Assembly (NCBI GenBank): GCA_904063045.1
Contig: CAJFCJ010000017.1
Span: forward strand, 62,001-126,000
Direction: 5' to 3'
DNA length: 64,000 nucleotides
DNA from: Dimorphilus gyrociliatus
Lineage: Eukaryota; Animalia; Annelida
The notes under the pieces: generated by a model
Databases searched by the model: none
What the model saw: the letters and a program-made list of their open reading frames with translations, nothing else
Told to the model about the DNA's origin: nothing
Made by a program: the position numbers and the translations under genes
In this document: one piece after another, positions 13,598-27,821 of the stretch
Position numbering within the stretch: position 1 is the stretch's first letter
Layout: the number at the start of each line of letters is the position of its first letter

Positions 13598-14024
13598 ACT
13601 TGAATATTTTTCTCTATGTAAGAAAAGAAAACAAATAAACAAACAAACAAACAAACAAACAAACGAGCCGAGAGAAGAGAAAGATGAGTTTTTCTATTGG
13701 TTTCCTTAAAGGAAAGATACAATTAGAAAATGTTGATTGAATATAAAATTCAGTTTTGTTTGTTTGTTTGAACAAAAAAAAGGAAAGAAAAAGGAAAAAA
13801 AGAGGGAAAAAAAATTATGTTAATATGGAAAAAGAGAACTTTAAAGATTTAATTAAGAAAATATTTCTGTGTAGGAAAAATATAAGAAGATAAGAAGAGA
13901 AAGAATATCTGTTGTCTTAATATCAATATGATTATTACTAATATTATCGCTATTACTATTGTTATTTGATTTGAAAACAATGAATGAAAAGTTTTTTTGT
14001 TTTTCTTTATTTTCTTTCTTTCTC

Positions 14025-14025
<1 letters not shown>

Positions 14026-14076
<51 letters not shown>
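14026..14076. repeat. (CTGT)n followed by (CT)n microsatellite
   Basis: Directly visible. Confidence 0.9.
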
Positions 14077-14077
<1 letters not shown>

Positions 14078-15001
14078 TTCTTTCTGCTTTCCTTCCTCTC
14101 CTTTAAAATAGAAGAACGTATGTTCAGTAAAAAATTAACGTATTAATAAGTGTTAAACTCTTTTCTTTATGTTTTAAGCACATTGTCTATCATGATTTTA
14201 CTGTCATCTGTGAATATACGCTTTATTAAACAAAGGAAATAATTGATTTTGTTCTAAATCAATTGTTATCTAAATAATCTGTCTAAAATAAAATTAAACA
14301 AGCTGACAATACTGTATGCTAAGTACTCGAAAGCTTTTTTCCGTTTCTCTACTAAGACACTAGGTGGCGTTATTGAATCGTAATAATAAAAAACAAAAAA
14401 AGTTTTTGTAGTGGGTGTTTTCGTCATTATTTTACGGATGAGGATTTTGGTTTGTTGTATCCTGATTATTCCATTATTGTTAGCGAGCAATAGATGTGTA
14501 TATAGAGTTAATAAAGTCGATAGAAGTAATTTTTATCAAAATGAAATCACTTTGGGTGGTGTTGAAAAAATGAAGGTTATTAATAGTGATTAATTATTCT
14601 CCTTAGTTAGCTAGCTAGCCAGCGAACGAACAAGATTTAATAGCTTAAATTAAGAGATTGTTGAATACTACGCATAGTATACAATATAATCAATTACATA
14701 GACACGTCTGTTCAATAGGAAATCATCCTGGCCAAAGATGCTTTTTATTCTTTTCTTATTCTCTTCTTACAGAAATGAAATAAAAAGGAGAAATATCAAT
14801 TAAATAAAAAAAACAATTAAAAAAATAACATAACGTAATGACGTAATTATATAACATTTCTGTTTGTTTGTTTGTTTTGTTTTCATGATTAATTAATTAA
14901 TTAATCAATTAATTAATTAAGTTTTAACTGCATAGGGTAAAAAAATCAGAATATAATTTCTATGTATATTTAAAACATATACAGTTTTTTTATGTTCTGC
15001 T

Positions 15002-17925
15002 TCAAACTTCTGACGTATGCAAAACATTCTTCTCCGGTATCTCTTCCAACAATTCGACATGTGATCTTCTTCCATGATTTATTCTACTTGTAGGTCTTGT
15101 TTCAACAGCTGTATCATCCCTAGGCCTACATAATATTACCCTATTTTTCAACAATTCCGTCAATTTCGTATTCACATGACACATACTATCCTGCAGAACT
15201 TTTTGATGAGCTTTCAAGGTCATAAATTCATCTTGAATAGACGTAACCCCTCTCTTAACATCGTCAAGTTCCCCACCCACGTTATTCCCTTCCGAATTAA
15301 CGCTGGCTGCGTTCAAGTTATCAAAAATAAATCGCTTAACAACCCTCTTGATTACCTTATCGTATGATCGCCTATCCGGCTGCAATTTCAATGCAGTTTC
15401 CAGTAATTTTTCATCATCACAATTCTCTTCGTCCAACGTAACGGCGGTCGTCATTTGAAAGGCGTGACCGTCGTTCAGAGACATTTTACCCGAATTTCTA
15501 CTTCCAGTAGACTGTTTACGTAATAAAAGCGTCTTGGGTACTCTAATTGTTTTGCAGTTTTTGGCAATGTGCTTGATAATGTAAAGAAAAGATTTCGGCG
15601 AAGGTATTATATTGAATGGAACGGGTAAGGTTGAACCATCCTTGATAAATTCCATATAAAGTCGAGATCTAGCGAATTTCCATTCCATATCTTGGTCGGT
15701 CTAAGAAGGGAAGAGATGTTTGTTTGTTGATTATTTTGATTATGTATTAGATTATATCAAGGAGTAACTTACGGCTATCTTATCAAAACTTCTAGTCATT
15801 CTTGCTATTAACATGTTTAGTAAAATAATAGTTGCTCCCCAATTATAAACAGCAAATACTATATAACCAACACTCTCCGTAAATCGTCCTTTAGACGCTT
15901 TTCCTAATTCAACAACTTTGTAATCTTCTAAACCAAAAATAGACCAGAAAACTGTGCGAAATGTCAATTCAATTCTGAAAGGGAAAAGCAGGTGTTCCTT
16001 TAATGATTAGATGAATGAATGAATGAATGAATAAGAGATGAATGAACAAATTGACCATTTAGGTAACTAGCTATTAAGTAAATATGTAATATTATTGCTT
16101 ACGTTCCGAATCCTCTTTCCGCTCTTGTTGTTATATTATGCTTGAAAATTTCCATAGATTTAACATTTTCCAGTTCGTAGTACCAATACAAATTATGCAA
16201 ACCAACCATAAAGGCAACAAATAGAAGGACAAAAGTAACCATAAACTTCATAACGTCCTTTAGAATGGAAAAAGGAGAAACAATCGAATAAAAAATGGGA
16301 AAAATATTAAATAATTGTAGAGAGAGAGAGAGAGCTGAAGAGGAGGTGAGGGAGAGGGGGAGGATAGAGAACAAGCAATGACAAATAAAGGAATTTTGTT
16401 TTATGCCTTTTTATAACATTTGCAGTATCACTTTATTTATATGTTTGGAAAAGTATGAGTTGATGCATGATTAAAGCGATAGAGGAAATTGAGGTCACTT
16501 TGTAGTACATAAATAGCTTGTTAACCGTATTGTATCGTTTATAGTAAAAGTATTTATACATGTTTGTAAATATATTATATAGTTTACAGTTGATTATATA
16601 TGCAGCATGCTGAAAATTGTATATATTCCCAATATACTGTATAAAACACAAGCCTTTTACTGTTTTGTATACTGTATAAAGTGTATATATATAAATTTAT
16701 ATAGATATATCAGTTATATAGACGGCAAATGCCAATATTATATTCTATTGCCTTCATTATTGCGTAATAAATGGGAAATATTTGTAAAATAGAAATTGTG
16801 CAACGTTCGGAGGATTTATATTGAAATATATAGGAAGGAAAAAAAGTCCCTATTGGACTGTTAAGATATTGCAAAAGAGTACGTAAAGAGAGAAACTAAC
16901 CTTTATCATTTTTTCTAGCGATATAAGCATAGGTCCTAAATGATCGTTTATTGCTAAAAGATAGTAGAGACGAGCGAAACTGAGTATATTAGCTAAAGCA
17001 AAAAAAGCCTCTGATAATTTATAAGGATCCCAAATGTCCCAGTAGTATCGATCTATAATGTTGGAAAATATCATTATCAATAATATATTTGAATAAGCTG
17101 TTTATTGACCGGCAACTATCCAATAGCTGTTGTACATGGCTTCGGCATCGTTTGCCACAAGTTTCTCCCAAGATGCGTGGAGTTTAAAGTATTTCAAGGC
17201 GTGATTAGTCTGTTCGTGAGATTAATTATTAATTACTTCAAGAATTGATTTATCTTATCTTTTTCAATTGATTACCTTGAAGAAAGTAACAAATCTCAAG
17301 ACGAACGATGCTACGTAAAACTTGAGCATAAAGAAATCAACATAATTGTATATGGATGAAAAATGCGTAAAAGCACCGTCACTGTACAACTGCTTACATT
17401 CCTGCCAAACAAGTCCTGCAGTATAAATATATTTATTATTATCAGTTGTTCATCTTATCTAGCCCAGTATTTTTATCCCTAATCTACGTAATTAATGTAA
17501 AAATATTATAATTGGTCGTAAGAGATTACATCACTATTGTAAGAGCCAAAGAGAGAGAGGGAGAGAGAGAGAAAGAGAAAAAGATATCCGTCTCTTCTTA
17601 CCTAGAATCCATACGCATATGCCTAATTGGATAGCGCTTAGATGATATTCCCTTGTGCAGACCCGATTTCCATTCAGATTAGCTAGGATAAGAACGTCAA
17701 AACTTCGGTTTTTCGATAATCCCTCCAAGAATTTCGAAAAGGGTGCCTCGAATTGAAAATGAATACAACCCCTACTCCTTTCAAGAAGACTATGCCCAAT
17801 AATCATTGTAAGGAATGCCACAAAGGAACAAGTTTGGGCTATAAATTTTATACAAGGCGTCCGAAGGAAGTCTCCAATCTGTATATGATTAACATTGATT
17901 TGTATATATAAATAATTTAAAGACA

Positions 17926-17962
<37 letters not shown>

Positions 17963-20816
17963 AATGAACAAATATTAATAAGTTAATGAATGAATGAATG
18001 AATGAATAAATTAATTAATTAATATTAAATATATAGTTAGTTAGCTATCTAATTTGTCCATAAAAAACGTATCTATTTCTATATATATTACATATTTTCT
18101 AACCTAACCCTAACCTAACCTATTACATAAGAGAGTAATAATAATAGAATAATCGCCAACTATTATTGAATTACTATTAATAGAGTATCCGTTTCAAGCG
18201 GCCAACATTCTTTTGTAATCAACTAATAGACAGTAAATCATAGCCTAATTAATTATTTTCAATAAACTGTCGATAGTTGACGTAAGCTGTTCTCTCTAAC
18301 TAACTGATACAATCTTTCTTTCTTTCTTTCTTCTTTACTTTCTAGCTCGTTGCTTTCTTTTACGACCACTATCTGTCTGTCTGTAAGGTAACCCTACTTG
18401 TTTAGCAATACATTTGATGATGTGATATTACAGGGAAAAGTCAAGACAACACCAACAAAAAGCATAAAGTGATTGATTTGCCGTACAGTAGATGTGTACA
18501 ATATTACTGTATACAATACAATGAGTGATGTATATAATTGAATATACCGTTATACTATCTTAAAAGAAAAAGAAGAGATAATGAGCATACTTTGTTACGT
18601 AAGCTTAAATTGATGTTGGTGTTACATGTTTAATATGGCATATACATATATCTCTCTTTGACTTTTAATAGTATCCTTTCTTTATTTGTATGAATAATGA
18701 AATATAAAAAATTACAATAACAACAGAAATTTATGAAAAGATTCTCTAATTTTCAATGGTTAATTGAATAGTTAATTAATTAATTAATTCATTGATTAAT
18801 TCATTAATTAATAAAGATAATTTAACAGAGGAGAGATAAAAAAAGAAAAGAAAAAAGAATAGGTGAAAGTGACTTTAATAACTGATTTATTTGGTGTAGT
18901 TTTTAATAGTTTTTTTTTGTAGAGACATTTTACATTTATATAGGTGTAAATAGGAAACATTTGACCTTAAGTAGTAGTCTTTTTAAATGGGTATTTGCTT
19001 GATTAAATTTTTTAAATTGGCTCTGTATGTGTATATAAAAATTTTTACTAATTATTTAAGAATTTATTATAATCAAACACAAATAGAAATATGAATAAAT
19101 TAATAAATAAATAAATATTATTGAAGAGAAGATATGACATTGTCGTCATATCATCTTTGTACGGTTTAATACTTTTCTCCATTTTTCCCCTCAGACGTTT
19201 CTATCCCTTCCCACATCTTTGATTTAATAGGAAAGAAACGGAAAAAGGCAAGAGCAAGGAGCATTTGGAAGTTAATATTTCTATTAAATTAAAGCTACTG
19301 TTAAAAGTACTTTTCCTCTCCTTCTTCTTCTTCTTCTTCCTCATTTCTCTTATTTTCTATTCACTTAAAAGTAATTTTTTAATTATTTTGAAAAAGAGAA
19401 ATCCTTTTAATTTATCTTTTATAGATTTCCTCATTTATTTACAAATAAAGATAAAAGTAGGAAACATTTGCTTTAGGGCATCCTCTCCAATTACCAAGAG
19501 GTAATTGGATACAACTAGATTTCCAGTCGCCCAAAGATGCTTCAAATATTTAATTCTTACATTTATTTATTTTATAAAACACTGCTCTGTAAAATTACTT
19601 TCACTCTTATAGATCGAAAATCCAATTTATCCTGTTTGAAATGCAATTCTCTTTTCCGAAACGAGTTCAAGAGGTCAAAAGAACCTTTTCTTTTTTATCC
19701 AACCACTCTTTTTAGCGTTTTATAAGGCAGAAAGAGAAAGGAAAAGTATAACTAGTATTCGGTTTTTGTTGAATTATTCACTTTTAAAAGAGGAGAAGGA
19801 TTGATAGAGAGAAAAGGAAAGTTTATTGTATAAATCAAATAGATAAATAAAGAGGAAAATCAAGTATTAAACAGAGAGAAAAAGCAAAAAAAAAGGGGTA
19901 ATAACAGAACTTGTTCTACCTAATGAAAATCTGTAAACGCCTTATTTAAGAAAGTGTTAATTAATTAATGGTTAATTAAAACTAATAATAGAAAAGTATA
20001 AATCCAGTATATAAACTATATACTGGATATTTATTTATTTATTTATTAGTTCATTTTGTTTGTTTGTTTGTTTTGTTTTGTTTATTTTTTTTATTTATTT
20101 TAATTATTCATGTAAATATTATTTAAAGAAAGAACAACTTACTTTACTCTTCGGAGCTATTAGATACAGGATAACCAAAAGTGGATAGAAAATCACCAAA
20201 GAGCCCACAAACAATATGCATATGGGCCAGGCTTTGTGAAGAACGTAACCGTATTGGGCGTACCACATAGATGTTAGCATTTTTTGACAACTCGGATGGG
20301 CGACAAACTAATCAAATCAGCAAAAAAAAGTTTGTACTCTACGAGTTGAAAGCAAAAAAACTTTAATGTTACCATTTTTTCCTTGTAATCGATAGCCAAT
20401 TTCATTCTTGCTAATCTCTCTCCATCCTCTAATTCACTGCATCCATGAGTAGCGTTCAAGATTGTATTCAATTCTTCATTTCCGTGTACTTTTTCCAGTA
20501 GTTTAACAACGTAGGCCGAAAGTGAATGAGCCATAACGGTATATTCGGCCTGAAGAGGAATAGAGTATTTTTTTATTATTCCAATATAATTAATTTTCTA
20601 CAATAATAAAAGAAAGGAGAAGAAAGATAGAGAAATGAGGAAAAGAACACGTTATTGGTATATAAATGAAAGAGTCAAACAATTCTGTTTCTTTCTCTCT
20701 CTCTCTCTCTCTCTCTCTCCATTGAACTAATTCGATAAAAAATGAAACCTTTCTCTCTAAAAATAAAAAAAAATTCTCTATTAAAAGAGAGAAGAGAGAA
20801 GAAAGAAAGAAAGAGT

Positions 20817-20851
<35 letters not shown>

Positions 20852-21804
20852 CTAGAGATAAAGAAGGAAAAAGAAAAGAAGATACAAAATTACTACCAAT
20901 TGACCATTGTAATAAGAAATTCAATACTATTATTCAAGAATATCTCTCCTACATACTTGATGTGTTTGCATAGAAAGGAAGAGGAAACCTTATGAAGTCC
21001 CGAATGGTTAATCTTTTTTATAGAGAATATAGGAACAGTACATATTATTTATTTATATATAACAATAGATTGACGGAGAAAGAGAAAAGAAGAGAAAACA
21101 TATTTAATACTTCTTATCAAGATCTTACTATTAAGAGGAAGGCTTGGATTTTATTAGTTTTAATTAAATAATTAATTTCATAAAGTTAAAAGTCATTGGT
21201 AGGCAACGAGGACAACAGATACTGCACCTTTTAAAGAGAAAATGAAAGAGAAAATGTACTAGATATGCGTACGAATTTAATGATAAACTGTGAAAAGCAT
21301 TGGATAAAAGAGAAAAGAAAAAATAACCTATAACCTTTAAGAATAAAGCCAGAAGAAACGTCAATTTATAAAAACGGCTATATGAGACGTACAGATTGAT
21401 TAGATCTATTAAAAGGTACGGTTTTAAAACCACATACTGTACATATATATAAATTGATATGTATACTAATTTATATATAGCTTCCTCCCTATATATATAT
21501 ATATATATATAATTCGACATTGAACATAATAAGTCTTTAGTCTCTCTATATTATATTTACTTGTAATTTCTCACATGAAAAACCACACAGCTTATCACGC
21601 TCAAGGGATTAGGAAAATGACCGTGAGATTAATGAAACAGAAAAATTTCAGCTTGCTAACCGCAATATCTATTTTCTAGACAACCTTGTGGGAACATTTT
21701 TGAAAAAAATATCAAAATTTATTCATATAATCAGAGAAAGTCAAGTAAAGTTTAAGCCTATAGGGATGGAGCATTTCTGCTGGTTTTTTTTCTTTTACCC
21801 TCTG

Positions 21805-21837
<33 letters not shown>

Positions 21838-24264
21838 ATACTTCTCGTGCATTCTCTCTCTAGTGTGTTAAATATATTATGTACCTTTACTTGCTCAAGT
21901 GCACTTTGTTATTCTAGTATTTAGGATAAAAGATAAAGATATTATTAAACCGTTATTTTTGGTATTGTACGAACTATATATAAATGCATTATATATGCCT
22001 TATAGAGAGAAAAATTAGCTATCTTTCTTCTGGAGCAAAACCAATTATCTTTCACTTTAATAGACCCTTCCTTTTTTGTCTTTTAAAAAGAAAACAGCAA
22101 TGACGCAATTGGAACAGAAAAGAGGAAATTACTATTTATAGTACTTCTAGAAAAGAGGGTTACTTTTTTCATTTAGCAAATAAAATAGGAAAATGGTCTA
22201 ACTAAGGGAAAGTACTTTCTTTTTTATCATCATTTAGTCCTATAATTTCAAAGACTTACTTTGTAGTATTTTTCGGCACTGGCAACGTCTCGCAACTCCC
22301 TTGCCAATTGAAAAGCTGTAAGGATTGGATCTTTACTGCTTAAACTTATATAACTTTCGCTAGCCAATCCTTTATAGGCGTTTAGACGGGATTTTGCAAA
22401 TTTCAACTCGTCAGATGTAGCTTTCCTAACGCAATTCGAACAGGAACAGGCGTGATGATGAGGTTTATCGATAACGGAACCTTTCCTTAGTAGGGCCATA
22501 ACCACTTCATACCTGTAAAAGATATCCTTAAATAAAACAAACAAAGTCTACGTTCTGCAAACTGCATTTAACTCGTTAAAAAGTTGCAATACCGAATGTT
22601 TATTAGCCTAGTTTCTAGGTAGTTTTCTTATTAGAGTTTATCATTCGCGTGTTTGGTGTATTTCCTATCTAATCCCCCCCCCCGCTCTCTCTCTCTATCT
22701 CTCGCTACTCTTTCATTATATTTCCCTCCTAAGGTCTTTTTTTATAAAAATATATATGAAATAAAGTAGGAAGAGTCTGGGAAACAAATGAAAAATTTAT
22801 GTTTAATCAATAAATATTTAATTGTCAATTATTACGCTCTGAATGGAATTTGATGTTTTACGAAATGCCGGAAAGAGAATGTGATCTGAATTCTTTGGCA
22901 GGCTAGTCTTTAAGAATATTTAATTATTAATCAATCTATTCCTCCTTATTAATTGACAGTAATGTAAACATATTAGAAATATTTCCAACATAATATCGCT
23001 ATCTATCAATGTAAGCAGTATATGCAAGTTTATATAGTGTTAGAGATTAATAGGCGGATAGATAGAAACTTGCGCTAATTATCTACTGCAAAAAAGTTGC
23101 AAGTGCACCTATTTCGTTTTAAATCAAATGATACATTAATAATAAAGTTTGTGTTACAATAAAATTTAAAAAAGTGAATAATACAATGAAAAGAGAAAGA
23201 GATACAACTCTTTGTCTTTCAATTAGTACGAAGAAAAGAGAAGAAGCGTTCTCTTTACATTTGTACTATAAAATCGTATACAAAGTAGAAATGATGAAAT
23301 AAATCGATAGATAGAATTTATTCTATATATCATTTTTCTCTTACACTCTTCTTACTTTTGTATACAATAAAGGCCTAAATGTAAATTGTAAAATTCAAGG
23401 GAGAAATGAAAAAGACTGAAGGAAAGCAACAACCTAGAATTATTTAAAGTGTATCAAATTTAAATAAAAACAAATCAGTCTACTTTTGTTATTTTGCTTA
23501 TTTTCCCACTTAATTCAAGCATGAATTTGTTACTTTAGTGCAGGGATATAATTATCGAATCGTAACAGGCGAAAAGGAAGAAAGAGATGGATCGTTTACT
23601 GTTTAATTATGTGCCTAGGGCTAGTTTGAAAGGTCAGTCAATCATTTGTTTACTGGTAAGGTCCCAACTGTTGTCTATATATGTACAGTAAAAAATAGTG
23701 TATTTACAGTAAATAAAATGTATACTGTAGATGATATGCGTAGAATGTATTACTTTGGAAAAGCCTGTCTAAAGTATAAAAGGCGCTTAATACTTTCTTT
23801 TATATAAACCATTAGATTTACAGCTAAATAAATCATGTTAGCAGTTAACATTTTCCTTTTCTCTTATAATTTTTATGATTAATCAATACTATATTTTTCA
23901 TTTATAAAAACAGTAAAATGTCTCTTTTTCTATTTATTATTTGGTTTTGAAATGAGCGAGGCGTCACTTTTCAGAAGGTTAAAAGAGGAGGGTAGAAGGA
24001 ATAAAAAAAAACAGAAGGAAAAGCATATGCTACAGTTCACATTTGTATCCTTTTACAGAATTTATTGTATGTTATTTATTAAAAAAAGCTTAAATTAACT
24101 TTTCATGTTTGTTTTGTAAAGAAATTTAAAAACTATATAGATTTATTTCTCTTCCTTTCCCACTCTCCCCTCTTCACTCTCTCTCTCTTTACACAGTGAT
24201 TGAATGATTGATTGAATGATTAATTGATAAATTTCTGTGGAAAAAAATGAATTTAAACCATATA

Positions 24265-24302
<38 letters not shown>

Positions 24303-25249
24303 GATTATGATAAAAGTAAAAGATAAAAAAGAGAATAATAATATTTTAATAATAATAGAAATAGCTATTGCGACTCTGGAATGAAAACAAAAAAGGGTTT
24401 CGGGATATAAAAGACAAAAAAAAAAACAATATATAAATATATTTAACCAAATCGATGTATTTGTTGAAAAAAACAGAGAAAACTAAGGTAAAGAGGAAGA
24501 AAAAAATGATAAAATAAGGATCAATTTTTATTGTATTCTCTCTCTCTCTCTGTCTCTCTGTCTCTCTCTCTCTCTCTGTCGTTCTTCTAACTCTTCGTTT
24601 CGTTTATAATGGGAAAACGAAAGATAAATAAGAGGATGTTTAAGGGGAAAAATGTTGATCTTGTTATAGTTTTTTTTTATATTTTCACCAATAATCTCTA
24701 TCAAATTTATATAATGTACAATATAAAAGAGAGAATATTGAAAGACTATACAATATGTACAATATATTGTATTCTGTATACGTTTTTAATCGGATATTGC
24801 TTTAATCTACTTTACTCTCCTTGGATCCTACAGAGAGTTCACCTCAGGAAAAAGCTCTACAATTTATTAATAATTTTATTAATCATCTACCTATCCATTC
24901 GTTCGTTTGTTCGTTCATTCATTCGTTCATTCGTTCGTTCAATCATTCACCTATTCGTATTCCCTTCTCTCCTTTCTCTCCTTTTTTCTCCTTCCCTACC
25001 TACTCTCCACATTCTTTTTCCACCAGCTGTGTTTCTTAATTATGAATTAAAAGTTTAGTTTGACAGCTTTTTACTATAAACTGCTTGACACTGCAATAGC
25101 AATCAAGACGCTGATTTGTTTGTATAAACTCTCTTTTGAAAGGTCAAGAGGAAGTAATAAACCGTATCTATGCCGATACTAATTTAAATATTTTCTGAAG
25201 TTTTTCCTTTGGAGAGAATAAATTGTTATTAATTTAATTACCCTCTCTT

Positions 25250-25299
<50 letters not shown>

Positions 25300-27754
25300 C
25301 TCTTCGAGACTTGGTTAAGGATTGAAGTAATTGATTTAAAAATCACCTCTAATCATTTAATGTCCCTAGCATTTGGTCTTTGATGTCAATTCCGTGTATA
25401 GACGACGGCTGAGAGGCCTTTTTTTTGTTTTCTTTTTTTACTGGACCCTCATCATTCCCCTTTTATGCCTAACTCTATCAGTAGACTGCTCGTCTAATCC
25501 ACTAGCTAGTAAAGATCTCGTATCACGTCATACTGATTTCGTTTAAAAAAAGTAATATTAGAACATATTCTACTATTTATTTAAGGGTAGATGAGTACTG
25601 ATAAAAGTAGATTGTAACATTGTAATAATGTATAATTAATCTAAAGTTATATCAAGAGTATAAAGACAATTACACGGCTTAAATGGCTTGTTAACGGCGC
25701 TTTTTAAACGATAAACCAAAAACGAAACATAGTGTACAGATATTAATAGAATACACAAACCTGTTATGCTCAGATGCAACAATCAAAGGACTCGTCTCGG
25801 TGCTCCAATGCGAACAATCTTCGTCCAATTCATCTTCGTGAATAGTACCCCGTCTATCGGAACTGGACCTAGATCCTTGTTTAAAGTGTGCAGCGTCAAA
25901 CTCTTCATATTTTGGATGTTCCAATATAGTAAGTGCAATATCATCGAAGGCTAACGTTATTGCTAACAAGAGACCCTCGTGAATTGCCCTCGAGTCAACT
26001 CTATCTAGGATAATTTCAACAACATCCTGATGTTCGTTCGCAATCGCTAATTGCAGAGGTGTTCGCCCCAACGTGTCCGTTACGCTAACGTCTACTTCCG
26101 AACTTCTTCTCAATAGGTTCTTTAATTTTTTCACATCTCCGGTTTCGCATACGTAGAGTAGTTCTTGTTCTTCCACGCTCGTCTAGTAATTAAATAGAGA
26201 AGAATGTAAAAAAATGACTATACTCCAACATATACTGTATACTATACAGTGTATATTGTTTATACGCTGTGTATTTGATTCTTTTCATATCTATCCTAAT
26301 TATTTTCATCTTGAAAGATTCATTTGGAGAAGAAAATCGGAGAGAAGCTAGAGGATTTATAGACAGTAAAATTGATAACTTAAATTTTTTATGCTTTGTA
26401 CGAAAGCTTTATGGCCAATAAAGCAAGTTGGTCAAGTTCTTAATAAGAAGCTTTTACCATTATTTCAATATAATTTAAACAGATTTCTTGTATTAATAAC
26501 TTGACTTATCCTTTATTGAAATATCTAATGATAAGGATATATTTAAAATACTTTTTTATCGCTGTTTTGTCAGCAATTCGACGTTTTTAATGCATTTTAT
26601 TAATCGAATTCTTTGTCTCTCTCTCTCGCCTTCTAACACACTTTCTTTTTAAATAAACGGAAAAGATAGAGAGAAGAAGAGAAAAAAGAAAAAACTTCAA
26701 TTAGTATTCGGTTTAATTTAAATAAACAAACTTTAAGAAAATTACTGTAAAGTCGTCTGTATACATTAGGTTATAACAGAAACATTAGCCGAGCTAATAA
26801 AAGAGAAGGGTGTTTATATAATGTACAAGCAGGCTAAAGCTGTATGGATAAACTGGTAGGAAATACATTAGATAGCTCAGTCTCCAATCCTCAAGGTTGG
26901 TACTACTGATCAATTCTTTACAAAATGCTTCTTGTTATTTAATACTTTGGGTTTTCTATGTTCGATTTGAGAAAAGTAATAGGTGTTACGAAATTGTTTC
27001 TATCTCTTCCATTCTTTCCTCCTCTCTTTCATTCTTTCTTTTTCTCTTTCATTAATTCATTCATTCATTCATTCATCCATCCATTCTTTCCTCCTTTCTT
27101 TGATGAGAGAAAAATTCTTGTTACTCAACACCCTTAATCGGATAACCTTATATATTCTATTTGTTTATTTACGTAATCGTAATTATATAATCTTGGTAGA
27201 TATTTTCTCAAGAGTGGGCCTTTTCTATACAAATTTTTGCTGAGAGCGATTCTTGAGTCTTGAAAAATAAATAGCAGGTGCTAGAAGAAATCTTCTAGAT
27301 TATGTAATAGTGGAAAGGAGAGGAAAAAGAGATAAAGTAACTAATAGAGTGTAAGCTAAAGTGTTCCTGTAAAGAAGAGATGTGCACGCGTGCAAGCGAG
27401 TGTATATTATAAAATTGTATATATAGCTTTATAAGAGTACATTTATGTATTGTACGGGCGTCTAAATTATTTGTTTTGAAGAAAAAATCACATTTTATCG
27501 TTAGCTATGTAGGCTGATTGATAAATGCTACTTATTTAGAATATAGGCTGTATTTGTATAACTCTGTGCTTCTGTGCCCGCTAGACCGAGACGGAGGTGA
27601 CCCAACCGAGTCCTTACGCTTTTCCTCTTATTTGCTCAACTGTGAAATCTACTAGATAAGATAGAAAGAAAGAAGAATCATTCGCAAAAAGACAAAGTTA
27701 AAGTCTAAAAAGACAAAAAACAAAAATGCTTATAAAGTCCTCCGTCTCTTTCTT

Positions 27755-27821
<67 letters not shown>

